The notes beneath the pieces were generated by a model. The model did no database searches and was not told the origin of the DNA. It worked only from the letters and a program-made list of their open reading frames with translations. Below, in pieces: positions 37,030-49,500 of a stretch of 64,000 nt of DNA; the first letter of the stretch is position 1; every line of letters starts with the position of its first letter. The translations under genes were made by a program, and so were the position numbers. The DNA is from Macrostomum lignano (lineage: Eukaryota), in the NCBI GenBank assembly GCA_002269645.1, contig NIVC01002732.1:62001-126000 (forward strand), written 5' to 3'.

Positions 37030-37430
37030 GTGACACTATCCTGTCTAACAGGTGACACTATCCTGTCTAACAGGTGACACTATCCTGTCTAACAGGTGAC
37101 ACTATCCTGTCTAACAGGTGACACTATCCTGTCTAACAGGTGACACTATCCTGTCTAACAGGTGACACTATTCTGTCTAACAGGTGACACTATCCTGTCT
37201 AACAGGTGACACTATTCTGTCTAACAGGTGACACTATCCTGTCTAACAGGTGACACTATTCTGTCTAACAGGTGACACTGTCCTGTCTAACAGGTGACAC
37301 TATCCTGTCTAACAGGTGACACTATCCTGTCTAACAGGTGACACTATCCTGTCTAACAGGTGACACTATTCTGTCTAACAGGTGACACTGTCCTGTCTAA
37401 CAGGTGACACTGACCTGTCTAACAGGTGAG
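37030..37430. repeat. 22-bp minisatellite (gtgacactatcctgtctaacag)
   Basis: About 18 copies. Confidence 0.95.
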
Positions 37431-37787
37431 GCAATGAAGATAAAGTTGTTAATGCATCATCCGGACCGCCGACAAGACAGATTCCATTTTCCTCTACACG
37501 AAATGGCAAGCCAAGCGATTCAGTTAGGCAAACAGAAGACTAAAACAAATTATTTTGGCCGCCTATGCAAACATGGCTTAACCATCTTTTCTATCTTTTT
37601 CTCCAGTGCAGCAGCCTGCTCTGGTGTTTACCCGAGTTAAGTGTTTGCGAAGTCTTGAAGGTTCGCATTTCCTGGAAAGACCGAATGCTCAAGCAAGCAG
37701 CATAGAGAGGCACAGACCTACACATTTCTCTAGAGCTAACAAGTGAAACAAAAGTCTAATTACGAAAGCAGTAACACGTTGAACAAT

Positions 37788-38560
37788 GAGAAACATCTGA
37801 GAGAGACACATGAATCAGTGAGAAACATCTGAGAGAGACACACGAATCAGTGAGAAACATCTGAGAGAGACACATGAATCAGTGGGAAACATCTGAGAGA
37901 GACACATGAATCAGTGGGAAACATCTGAGAGAGACACACGAATCAGTGAGAAACATCTGAGAGAGACACACGAATCAGTGAGAAACATCTGAGAGAGACA
38001 CACGAATCAGTGAGAAACATCTGAGAGAGACACACGAATCAGTGAGAAACATCTGAGAGAGACACACGAATCAGTGAGAAACATCTGAGAGAGACACACG
38101 AATCAGTGAGAAACATCTGAGAGAGACACACGAATCAGTGAGAAACATCTGAGAGAGACACACGAATCAGTGAGAAACATCTGAGAGAGACACATGAATC
38201 AGTGAGAAACATCTGAGAGAGACACATGAATCAGTGAGAAACATCTGAGAGAGACACACGAATCAGTGAGAAACATCTGAGAGAGACACACGAATCAGTG
38301 AGAAACATCTGAGAGAGACACACGAATCAGTGAGAAACATCTGAGAGAGACACACGAATCAGTGAGAAACATCTGAGAGAGACACACGAATCAGTGAGAA
38401 ACATCTGAGAGAGACACACGAATCAGTGAGAAACATCTGAGAGAGACACATGAATCAGTGAGAAACATCTGAGAGAGACACATGAATCAGTGAGAAACAT
38501 CTGAGAGAGACACACGAATCAGTGAGAAACATCTGAGAGAGACACACGAATCAGTGAGAT
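37788..38560. repeat. 32-bp minisatellite (gagaaacatctgagagagacacacgaatcagt)
   Basis: About 24 copies. Confidence 0.95.
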
Positions 38561-38959
38561 ACATCACAGCGGGCATGAAAGGTGAGTTAAAAGTGCTAAT
38601 ACAACATACGCGGTGAGATAGAAAGATATGGAGCAGGTTCTCAGAGGGGTAGACTCAATTCTTTCTGTACCTTTTCAATTCATTTTCATTGTCCTTTTGC
38701 TCAACCGCCTGTCCATGCCGCCGAAGCGCTTAATTAGCATTTATCTGCGTGCAGCCGATTCCATCTCTTATCTTATCTTGAAGCCGCTGTGCTAATTGTC
38801 CCGTTTACCGCAGCGGTAGCACAGCTCTAAAAAACTACGATATAAAAGTTCTTCAAAGCGTCGCATTTTTTGTTGCCTAATTTGCACTGGATGAAAATTA
38901 ATAGATAAGGCCCTAACCTCTCTGGGTAGATTTGATTCTAGCTCTGAGTATATTCACTC

Positions 38960-39875
38960 TGAAGTGTAGATAGACACACTCTAATGTGTAGATAGACACA
39001 CTCTAATGTGTAGGTAGACACACTCTAATGTGTAGGTAGACACACTCTAATGTGTAGATAGACACACTCTAATGTGTAGATAGACACACTCTAATGTGTA
39101 GATAGACACACTCTAATGTGTAGATAGACACACTCTAATGTGTAGGTAGGCACACTCTAATGTGTAGATAGACACACTCTAATGTGTAGATAGACACACT
39201 CTAATGTGTAGGTAGACATACTCTAATGTGTAGGTAGACGCACTCTAATGTGTAGGTAGACACACTCTAATGTGTAGGTAGACACACTCTAATGTGTAGA
39301 TAGACACACTCTAATGTGTAGATAGACACACTCTAATGTGTAGATAGACACACTCTAATGTGTAGATAGACACACTCTAATGTGTAGGTAGACACACTCT
39401 AATGTGTAGGTAGACACACTCTAATGTGTAGGTAGACACACTCTAATGTGTAGGTAGACACACTCTAATGTGTAGGTAGACACACTCTAATGTGTAGGTA
39501 GACACACTCTAATGTGTAGGTAGACACACTCTAATGTGTAGGTAGACACACTCTAATGTGTAGATAGACACACTCTAATGTGTAGATAGACACACTCTAA
39601 TGTGTAGGTAGACACACTCTAATGTGTAGGTAGACACACTCTAATGTGTAGGTAGACACACTCTAATGTGTAGGTAGACACGCTCTAATGTGTAGGTAGA
39701 CACACTCTAATGTGTAGGTAGACACACTCTAATGTGTAGATAGACACACTCCAATGTGTAGATAGACACACTCTAATGTGTAGGTAGACACACTCTAATG
39801 TGTAGGTAGACACACTCTAATGTGTAGGTAGACATACTCTAATATGCAGGTAGGGACACTCTAATCTGTAGATAG
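38960..39875. repeat. 22-bp minisatellite (gtagrtagacacactctaatgt)
   Basis: About 41 copies. Confidence 0.95.
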
Positions 39876-40371
39876 ATTAACTCCAATGAGTAGATTAATT
39901 TTAATCGTGAATGGGGTAGAATCGCTCTTGGCCCATGCATGCTGCAGAATGTTTAGAACTTTAAAGCAGCACTTATCAGCACTCGCTAAAAGAGTAGCTC
40001 TTAGAGTAAACTCTTGCCTTCTATTGTTGTGTGGCCAACTCAGTTGCTATGCAAATAGTTCACCTTGCAGATGAGCTCCACAATTGATTTCTTTTCATGA
40101 GTGCCATTGTGAGCGCTTGGTAACCATTTTAATGGGAAGCTCCATCGTTGCGACGCCTGACTGCCCCACCATTGTGAGGGGATTTCAAATCCTCTTTCTT
40201 CTGGCTTCAAGCATTGTGAAAGAGAGCGTGACAGCTTGGCGCTTTTTGACTGAACTCGTCACTTTTCTATATGCTGTTGAGATGTGATAGTAAACCCGTA
40301 TTCATAACATTTTACTAGTGTACATAGGTATGTAGGTATGCCAAGGTAGCCTAGCTATGAACTCAATAGTC

Positions 40372-41212
40372 CATATCTGTCACTCTAAGCTCCGCATCTG
40401 TCACTCTAAGCTCCGTATCTGTCACTCTAAGCTCCGCATCTGTCACTCTAAGCTCCGTATCTGTCACTCTAAGCTCCGTATCTGTCTCTCTATGCTCCGT
40501 ATCTGTCTCTCTAAGCTCCGTATCTGTCACTCTAAGCTCCGTATCTGTCACTCTAAGCTCCGTATCTGTCACTCTAAGCTCCGTATCTTTCACTCTAAGC
40601 TCCGTATCTGTCTCTCTAAGCTCCGTATCTGTCACTCTAAGCTCCATATCTTTCACTCTAAGCTCCGTATCTGTCTCTCTAAGCTCCGCATCTGTCACTC
40701 TAAGCTCCGTATCTGTCACTCTAAGCTCCGTATCTGTCACTCTAAGCTCCGTATCTTTCACTCTAAGCTCCGTATCTTTCACTCTAAGCTCCGTATCTTT
40801 CACTCTAAGCTCCGTATCTGTCTCTCTAAGCTCCGCATCTGTCACTCTAAGCTCCGTATCTGTCACTCTAGGCTCCGTATCTGTCACTCTAAGCTCCGTA
40901 TCTTTCACTCTAAGCTCCGTATCTGTCACTCTAAGCTCCGCATCTGTCACTCTAAGCTCCGTATCTGTCTCTCTAAGCTCCGTATCTGTCACTCTAAGCT
41001 CCGTATCTGTCACTCTAAGCTCCGTATCTGTCACTCTAAGCTCCGTATCTGTCGCTCTAAGCTCCGTATCTGTCACTCTAAGCTCCGTATCTGTCACTCT
41101 AAGCTCCGTATCTGTCACTCTAAGCTCCGTATCTGTCACTCTAAGCTCCGTATCTGTCACTCTAAGCTCCGTATCTGTCACTCTAAGCTCAGTATCTGTC
41201 GCTCTAAGCTCT
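40372..41212. repeat. 21-bp minisatellite (atctgtcactctaagctccgt)
   Basis: About 40 copies. Confidence 0.95.
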
Positions 41213-41639
41213 GATCGTCCAATTTCTAAAATTCTAGGGTCTATACGAAAATCGGAGGCAAGAATTCAACCGAGACTATGCTGAGAACAACTAAATTAAT
41301 GATTGGACAGTAGCCAACCACGTGTCTGACTGTGAACTGTGAGCTGCAAATTTTATGAGCCATGCAGAACGCGGAGCTAGATCTGCTGAGTAGCTAGCTA
41401 ATACGCATTCCCAGCTGATTGAAACTCCAATTGCACTTTCCTTTTCTATAGCAGTTCTACTAATATATTTCTGACGATTCCACCGATTACGTCTGTCTGT
41501 TTTGGGATGTACTTGTGATAGATGCCTCTAGACATTTTCTCAGGCCATTGGCGAAAAGTTCAAGGTATTGTTTTGGCAATGACAGTGAGTGTCCACGGGA
41601 CTGACAAAGATGCGTCTCGCTCCTGTAACTCTCCAATTA

Positions 41640-42490
41640 TCTACCCACCTCTCTACCCACCTCTCTACCCATCTCTCTACCCATCTCTCTACCCTTCTCT
41701 CTACCTATCTCTCTACCTATCTCTCTACCCTTCTCTCTACCTATCTCTCTACCCTTCTCTCTGCCCTTCTCTCTACCCACCTCTCTACCCATCTCTCTAC
41801 CCATCTCTCTACCCACCTCTCTACCCATCTCTCTACCCATCTCTCTACCCATCTCTCTACCCATTTCTCTACCCATCTCTCTACCCATCTCTCTACCCAT
41901 CTCTCTACCCATCTCTCTACCCATCTCTCTACCCATCTCTCTACCCATCTCTCTACCCATCTCTCTACCCATCTCTCTACCCACCTCTCTACCCACCTCT
42001 CTACCCATCTCTCTACCCATCTCTCTACCCTTCTCTCTACCTATCTCTCTACCTATCTCTCTACCCTTCTCTCTACCTATCTCTCTACCCTTCTCTCTAC
42101 CTATCTCTCTACCTATCTCTCTGCCCTTCTCTCTACCCACCTCTCTACCCATCTCTCTACCCATCTCTCTACCTATCTCTCTACCTATCTCTCTACCTAT
42201 CTCTCTACCCATCTCTCTACCCACCTCTCTACCCACCTCTCTACCCATCTCTCTACCCATCTCTCTACCCTTCTCTCTACCTATCTCTCTACCTATCTCT
42301 CTACCCTTCTCTCTACCTATCTCTCTACCCTTCTCTCTGCCCTTCTCTCTACCCACCTCTCTACCCATCTCTCTACCCATCTCTCTACCTATCTCTCTAC
42401 CCATCTCTCTACCCTTCTCTCTACCCATCTCTCTACCTATCTCTCTACCTATCTCTCTACCCACCTCTCTACCCATCTCTCTACCCGTCT
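41640..42490. repeat. 12-bp pyrimidine repeat (ctctctacccat)
   Basis: About 70 copies. Confidence 0.95.
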
Positions 42491-43279
42491 TTACCCATAT
42501 CTCTTTTCTCTTAGCTTCAAACTTGGCTTCGTATTCGCCACTTGGCTGGGCTCCAAAAAACAGGATTTCGACTGCAATAGTAAAAACTCCGTCAGCTCCA
42601 GTTAGGCGCAAACTTCTACTACAAACCGCATTGTTACTTCAGCTAACTATTGCCTGTACCTACCCAAGAAAACCTAGTCTGTTTTCACTCACACATCTAG
42701 TAGCCACACTCTCTGTAAGAGAAATAACAGTTATCATTTTGTATGTTTCAACCCAACGTTTTGTGTGCAAAGCTATTTTTTTCTAATCATTCAACATGCG
42801 CTTCTAGAACCACGCATTTTTAGGAGACGAAATGAACTTCTCTCTCTATCTATAGGTGCTTAATAACCCAAGCCCTCCCATTGAGCATTCGTGTATATTT
42901 ATCTGAGGCCAACCTGCAGCAGTAGCTATGCTATGCTTTGTTATTCAGTACACTTCTCAATTCTGAGAGACAGGCATGGATGCTGGGCCACCCCATCAAC
43001 AAAGTCTGTTATATCTTCTCTTTCTGTGCTGAAAACTTCTGACCGTTGCCTTCTCCCTCTCTCTCCCCTCCCTCCCTCTCTCTTTCCCTTCCATTGGAGG
43101 CGTCCATAGCAACAGCTTCTCCAGTAGTATTCTCAGCCACTCAGGGCATTATTAAGCATTATTAGAACGCCGGACTGCAGCTCGAAGCCCGTGACAGAGA
43201 AACAGACTAGCCAAGCAAACCTTAGAACTAAATATTTAAAAAATAACAAATAGAATTATAACAAAGAATAGCAAGAAAA

Positions 43280-43580
43280 ATGCCATCCTCGAATGGCGAA
43301 TTAGTCAAAGCGTTTCGTGAAATTTCGCACGAATTTAAAACGCTTCAACAGACTCGATTGAATGGACGAAGCGATCAAGGAGTGGCCAGATTGAGCAGTT
43401 TGGATGTGGAAGATTTGGCTGACAGGCTGGAGCAGCTGAGGTCAAGCCTGGCTGAGTGCCTGACCGAAGTTGAGGGACAGCTGCGGGAGAGTCAGCTGGC
43501 AGCGGCAGACGCTCGCAACTTCTACAGGGCGCTCGGCGAGGCAGTGGGGGCTGATGAAGAAGCGCTGCGGCGACGCGACG
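43280..43580 (+). CDS. DTHD1-like exon 1, coiled coil
   Basis: ATG at 43280, GAC G|gtgaga donor. Confidence 0.7.
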
Positions 43581-46500
43581 GTGAGAGTGACAAATGAGTG
43601 AATAATGAGAGTGACAAATGAGTGAATGATGAGATTGACAAATGAGTGAATGATGGGAGTGAATAATAAGTGAATAATGAGAGTGAATAATGAGAGTGAC
43701 AAATGAGAGTGACAAATGAGTGAATAATGAGAGTGAATAATAAGTGAATAATGAGAGTGAAAATGAGTGAATAATGAGAGTGACAAATGAGTGAATAATG
43801 AGAGTGAATAATAAGTGAATAATGAGAGTGAAAAATGAGTGAATAATGAGAGTGACAAATGAGTGAATAATGAGAGTGAATAATAAGTGAATAATGAGAG
43901 TGAAAAATGAGTGAATAATGAGAGTGACAAATAAGTGAATAATGAGAGTGACAAATGAGTGAATAATGATAGTGACAAATGAGTGAATAATGAGAGCGAC
44001 AAATGAGTGAATGATGGGAGTGAATAATAAGTGAATAATGAGAGTGACAAATGAGTGAATAATGATAGTGACAAATGAGTGAATAATGAGAGTGACAAAT
44101 GAGTGAATGATGGGAGTGAATAATAAGTGAATAATGAGAGTGACAAATGAGTGAATAATGATAGTGACAAATGAGTGAATAATGAGAGTGATAAATGAGT
44201 GAATGATGAGAGTGACAAATGAGTGAATGATGGGAGTGAAAAATGAGTGAATAATGAGAGTGACAAATGAGTGAATAATGAGAGTGACAAATGAGGGAAT
44301 AATGATAGTGACAAATGAGTGAATAATGAGAGTGACAAATGAGGGAATAATGAGAGTGACAAATGAGTGAATAATGAGAGTGATAAATGAGTGAATAATG
44401 ATGGACATTGGATTAGAGACTATAACCATGAGACGTAGTGAAAACACAAGCTACACAGGTGCCAGTGGATTAAGTACAGTTGAGGCATTACTTAAATAAT
44501 TAATTGTTTGGCCACACAGAATAATATCAATATAACTAGTCATCACTCACTGGTAAGGGATACTTTCCCACTTACGGGGGGCGGTCTGTACGCATTTCTA
44601 TGGGATTACATCTGCATCAGATGAAGCTGATTTCTTGAGTCTTCATCCCTATTTCTGTCTCCACCCGCGTCTCCCTGCGCATCAACTTGGTTGCCATGGG
44701 GGAGGACAGAATCCGCTTGCAGACGAGAGAGGCGAGGTTGGAAGATGAGTGGAGGATTTCGCGAGAATGGGAGAAATTCTGAATCCCTAACGCTGGGCTA
44801 AAAAAATTGCTACAAAAGTGCGCGCTGGAATGAAAAATTATAATTGGCAACTGTTTCACATTCTGTCGATAAAATCTTTTTATTTCCACACCCGCGTTCT
44901 GTCAGTAAAGTTTTTGACAGTCGCAAAATGCTTTTTGATGCTTTTTCCAGGAAGAATTGGCTGCTGCTCTAAAGAAGACATGAATAGCTTGGAAGAGAGA
45001 AATGCTTTGTAGGGAGACACAAAGTTAGATGCGAGAGAATGGTGGAAAGAATTGCGAAGAGAACAGAGAGGAGATGGTGATAGAAGGGCTGCAAGGAGGG
45101 ACAGAGGGGAAGAAGGAGAGTAAGACGAGATGGAGATAGAAGAAGGAGAGGGAGAGAAAGGAGAGGGTGGGAAGGAGAGGGTGAGAAGGAGAGGGAGAGA
45201 AGGGAGGGAGAGGGAGAGGGAGAGGGTGGGAAGGAGAGGGAGAGGGAGAGAAGGAGAGGGAGAGGCAGAGAAGGAGAGGGAGAGAAGGAGAGGGAGAGGG
45301 AGAGAAGGAGAGGGAGAGAAGGGGAGGGAGAGGGAGAGGGTGGGAAGGAGAGGGTGAGAAGGAGAGGGAGAGAAGGGGAGGGAGAGGAGAGGGTGGGAAG
45401 GAGAGGGTGAGAAGGAGAGGGAGAGAAGGGGAGGGAGAGGGAGAGAAGGAGAGGGAGAGAAGGTGAGGGAGAGGGAGACAAGGAGAGGGAGAGGAGGAGA
45501 GGGAGAGAAAGAGAGCGAGAGGATAGGGGATAGAGAAGGGGAGATGGAGAGGGAGAGGCGGAGTGAGAGGAGGGAGAGAGGTGAGAGAGATGAGAAGGAA
45601 GGAGAAAAACAGAGGTAGTGAGATGAAGGAAGCAAAAGTGAGACCGATGCGAGACTCAGGTGCAATAAAAAGCGTAAAAAAATTTAAGTGCGCCAGTTAT
45701 AAAGATGCAGCACACTGAAAATCGGATATAAAAACAGATGCTCAACATTCAGCCGATCCCAATTCTCATCCCAACTCCGTCGCGACCACTTCAGAGGCGA
45801 TCAACTCCATAGAGGACCACCGGGAGCTGGACGAGCGAGCGGCAGCAAGCGAAGAGGAGAACAAGCAGTTGGCCAACGGCCTGCGATTGAAGTCCACGGT
45901 TGCAGACATTGGCGACCAGTTTCAAAGGCTTGAAAACACCCTGAAGGAGAGCGCAATCAATTGCACTAAGGCGAGGAAAAGGGCTGCCGCTATTCAAGAA
46001 GAGGTGAGGCTTTGTTTACAAAAAGTATCCTTCAGATTCTCAAAAACGTCATTAAGGTCACTAGAGTAACGCGTGTCTGTAAAGTGCTACTGAAGTGCTA
46101 CTAAAGTGCTACTGAAGTGCTACTGAAGTGCTACTGAAGTGTTACTAAAGTGTTACTGAAGTGTTACTAAAGTGTTACTGAAGTGCTACTGAAGTGCTAC
46201 TGAAGTGTTACTAAAGTGTTACTGAAGTGTTACTAAAGTGTTACTGAAGTGCTACTGAAGTGCTACTGAAGTGTTACTAAAGTGTTACTGAAGTGTTACT
46301 AAAGTGTTACTGAAGTGTTACTTAAGTGCTACTGAAGTGCTACTGAAGTGTTACTAAAGTGTTACTAAAGTGTTACTGAAGTGCTACTGAAGTGCTACTG
46401 AAGTGTTACTAAAGTGTTACTGAAGTGTTACTAAAGTGTTACTGAAGTGTTACTAAAGTGTTACTGAAGTGCTACTGAAGTACTACTAAAGTGTTACTGA

Positions 46501-49500
46501 AGTGCTACTGAAGTGCTACTGAAGTGTTACTAAAATTTCCCTGAAGCGTAGCTGAAGCGACTCTGTCCTGATCAATCAGCTCAGCTCACCTCCCCTTCCG
46601 ACGTCGCCAGCTTGAAGAGGCGAAACGGCGCGAAGAGGAGCGCCAGCGCCAGGAGGCCGAAGAGGCGGAGCGCCGGCGCCAGGAGGAGCTCCGGCGGCGC
46701 CAGGCGGACGAGGCTGCGGCTGCAAAAGCGGCCGCCGCCGAAGAGGCCAAACGTCGGCGCCGCGCCGAGGAGGCGGCCGGCGAAGACTCGGACGGCGACG
46801 ACGGCAGCGGCGGTCGGCACCGTCGAAAGTCGTCGTCGAGGCGCCGAGCGCGCGCCCGCGCCGAAGCCGAGGCGCAGCGGAAACGCGAGGCTGAAGCGGC
46901 CGCGGCCGCGGCCGCGGCGGAGGAGGCGGAGCGTCGCTGGCGGCCGGTGGTGCTCGCTGCCTCGATGGCCGACGAATCCGACGACGCCTCCGCCGCAGAA
47001 GCCGACAACGCCGCCTGCGCGATTCGAGCTCCGGACGGTGCGGTACAGCCGGACGACTTTAAGTGCACGCTGGTGCCGCTCGACCAGGCCGACGTCGGTT
47101 CGATTCCGCCAGGTGACGAGCTGGTCAGCGGCGTGGTGCGATTGGAACCGGCAGGGCTGTCCCGGGTGCAGATCAGCGGCGGGGGCGAGGGCCGGCGGCA
47201 CTGGTACTTCATGCTGCCGCACTGCGCTCAGCGGCAAGCGGCCAGGGAAACCGTGGTCTACGTGAGTGAGATGGGTGCAGGCTGAGCTGCTCTAAGTAAA
47301 ACGAAATCGATTTGCATTCTAAGAAATGGTCGCTAATTGTGTATTCCAAATCAAGAATGAGCCGTCTAGCAAATCAAATCGTTTTTTATAAAAGCATTTT
47401 CTATGAGATGGGTTTGTTTTTTAGGAATTTGATGTACTTTCTTGGAATCCAAGTTGTTTTCTAGGAAATGGGTTTGCTTCCTAGAAATTTGATGTATTCT
47501 CGGAAATAGGTTTTCTTCTAGGGAATGAATTTGCTTTCTACGAAATCGGTTTGTGTTTTGAAAGAATCAGCTTTCTCGGAAAAAAAATTCTTTGAGGAGA
47601 ATGGCTTCTTTATTTCCTAATCGGTTGGTTAATATTTAGAAAATAGATTGTTTCTAGGGAAGAATCTGCCTTTCTACGAATAGGCTTATATTTCTAAAAA
47701 TCTTTTGGTAGGCTTACTATTTAACTTTATAGCACTTAGATTTAACTTGGCAATCGGAGACTTTTTGTGCCTAATTCTAATAAAAATTTTTATGTGCATT
47801 TATTTACCAACGGATTAGCATTTCTAAGAAACTTTAAAAATAGCTTTCTATCTCAAAGAAACTTATTTATCGTCTTAGACGAAGCTTACTGAGTTTCCAA
47901 GAATGGTTCTATATTTCTAAGAAATTTTTTTTGATTCCCAAGAATGGGATGGCATTCTATAAGAAACATATTCGTATTCTAAGAATACGTTTCCATTTCT
48001 AGGAAACTTATTTTGATTCCCAAGAATGGGATGGCATTCTATAAGAAACATATTCGTATTCTAAGAATACGTTTCCATTTCTAGGAAACTTATTTTGATT
48101 CCCAAGAATGGGATGGCATTCTATAAGAAACATATTCGTATTCTAAGAATACGTTTCCATTTCTAGGAAACTTATTTTGATTCCCAAGAATTGGATGGCA
48201 TTCTATAAGAAACATATTCGTATTCTAAGAATACGTTTCCATTTCTAGGAAACTTATTTTGATTCCCAAGAATGGGATGGCATTCTATAAGAAACATATT
48301 CGTATTCTAAGAATACGTTTCCATTTCTAGGAAACTTTTTTTGATTCCCAAGAATTGGATGGCATTCTATAAGAAACATATTCGCATTCTAAGAATACGT
48401 TTCCATTTCTAGGAAACTTATTTTGATTCCCAAGAATTGGATGGCATTCTATAAGAAACATATTCGCATTCTAAGAATACGTTTCCATTTCTAGGAAACT
48501 TATTTTGATTCCCAAGAATGGGATGGCATTCTATAAGAAACATATTCGTATTCTAAGAATACGTTTCCATTTCTAGGAAACTTATTTTGATTCCCAAGAA
48601 TTGGATGGCATTCTATAAGAAACATATTCGTATTCTAAGAATACGTTTCCATTTCTAGGAAACTTATTTTGATTCCAAGAATGGGATGGCATTCTATAAG
48701 AAACATATTCGTATTCTAAGAATACGTTTCCATTTCTAGGAAACTTTTTTTGATTCCCAAGAATGGGATGGCATTCTATAAGAAACATATTCGTATTCTA
48801 AGAATACGTTTCCATTTCTAGGAAACTTATTTTGATTCCCAAGAATTGGATGGCATTCTATAAGAAACATATTCGCATTCTAAGAATACGTTTCCATTTC
48901 TAGGAAACTTATTTTGATTCCCAAGAATTGGATGGCATTCTATAAGAAACATATTCGCATTCTAAGAATACGTTTCCATTTCTAGGAAACTTATTTTGAT
49001 TCCCAAGAATTGGATGGCATTCTATAAGAAACATATTCGTATTCTAAGAATACGTTTCCATTTCTAGGAAACTTATTTTGATTCCCAAGAATTGGATGGC
49101 ATTCTATAAGAAACATATTCGCATTCTAAGAATACGTTTCCATTTCTAGGAAACTTATTTTGATTCCCAAGAATTGGATGGCATTCTATAAGAAACATAT
49201 TCGTATTCTAAGAATACGTTTCCATTTCTAGGAAACTTATTTTGATTCCCAAGAATGGGATGGCATTCTATAAGAAACATATTCGTATTCTAAGAATACG
49301 TTTCCATTTCTAGGAAACTTATTTTGATTCCCAAGAATGGGATGGCATTCTATAAGAAACATATTCGTATTCTAAGAATACGTTTCCATTTCTAGGAAAC
49401 TTATTTTGATTCCCAAGAATTGGATGGCATTCTATAAGAAACATATTCGTATTCTAAGAATACGTTTCCATTTCTAGGAAACTTATTTTGATTCCCAAGA

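Noticed and set aside
40357-44447. Long 270-370-aa ORFs (ICHSKLR, YPSL, IIHSFVTL, GREM repeats)
   Set aside because: Repeat units of 21, 12 and 24 bp are multiples of 3, so they are open by construction; no splice or domain support.
44620-44790. Extra DTHD1-like exon (MGEDRIRLQTREARLEDEW)
   Set aside because: No convincing acceptor/donor pair; exons 1 and 2 already join in phase.
46581-47265. Antisense and alternative-frame ORFs of about 210 aa
   Set aside because: Shadows of the GC-rich real exon 46611-47261.
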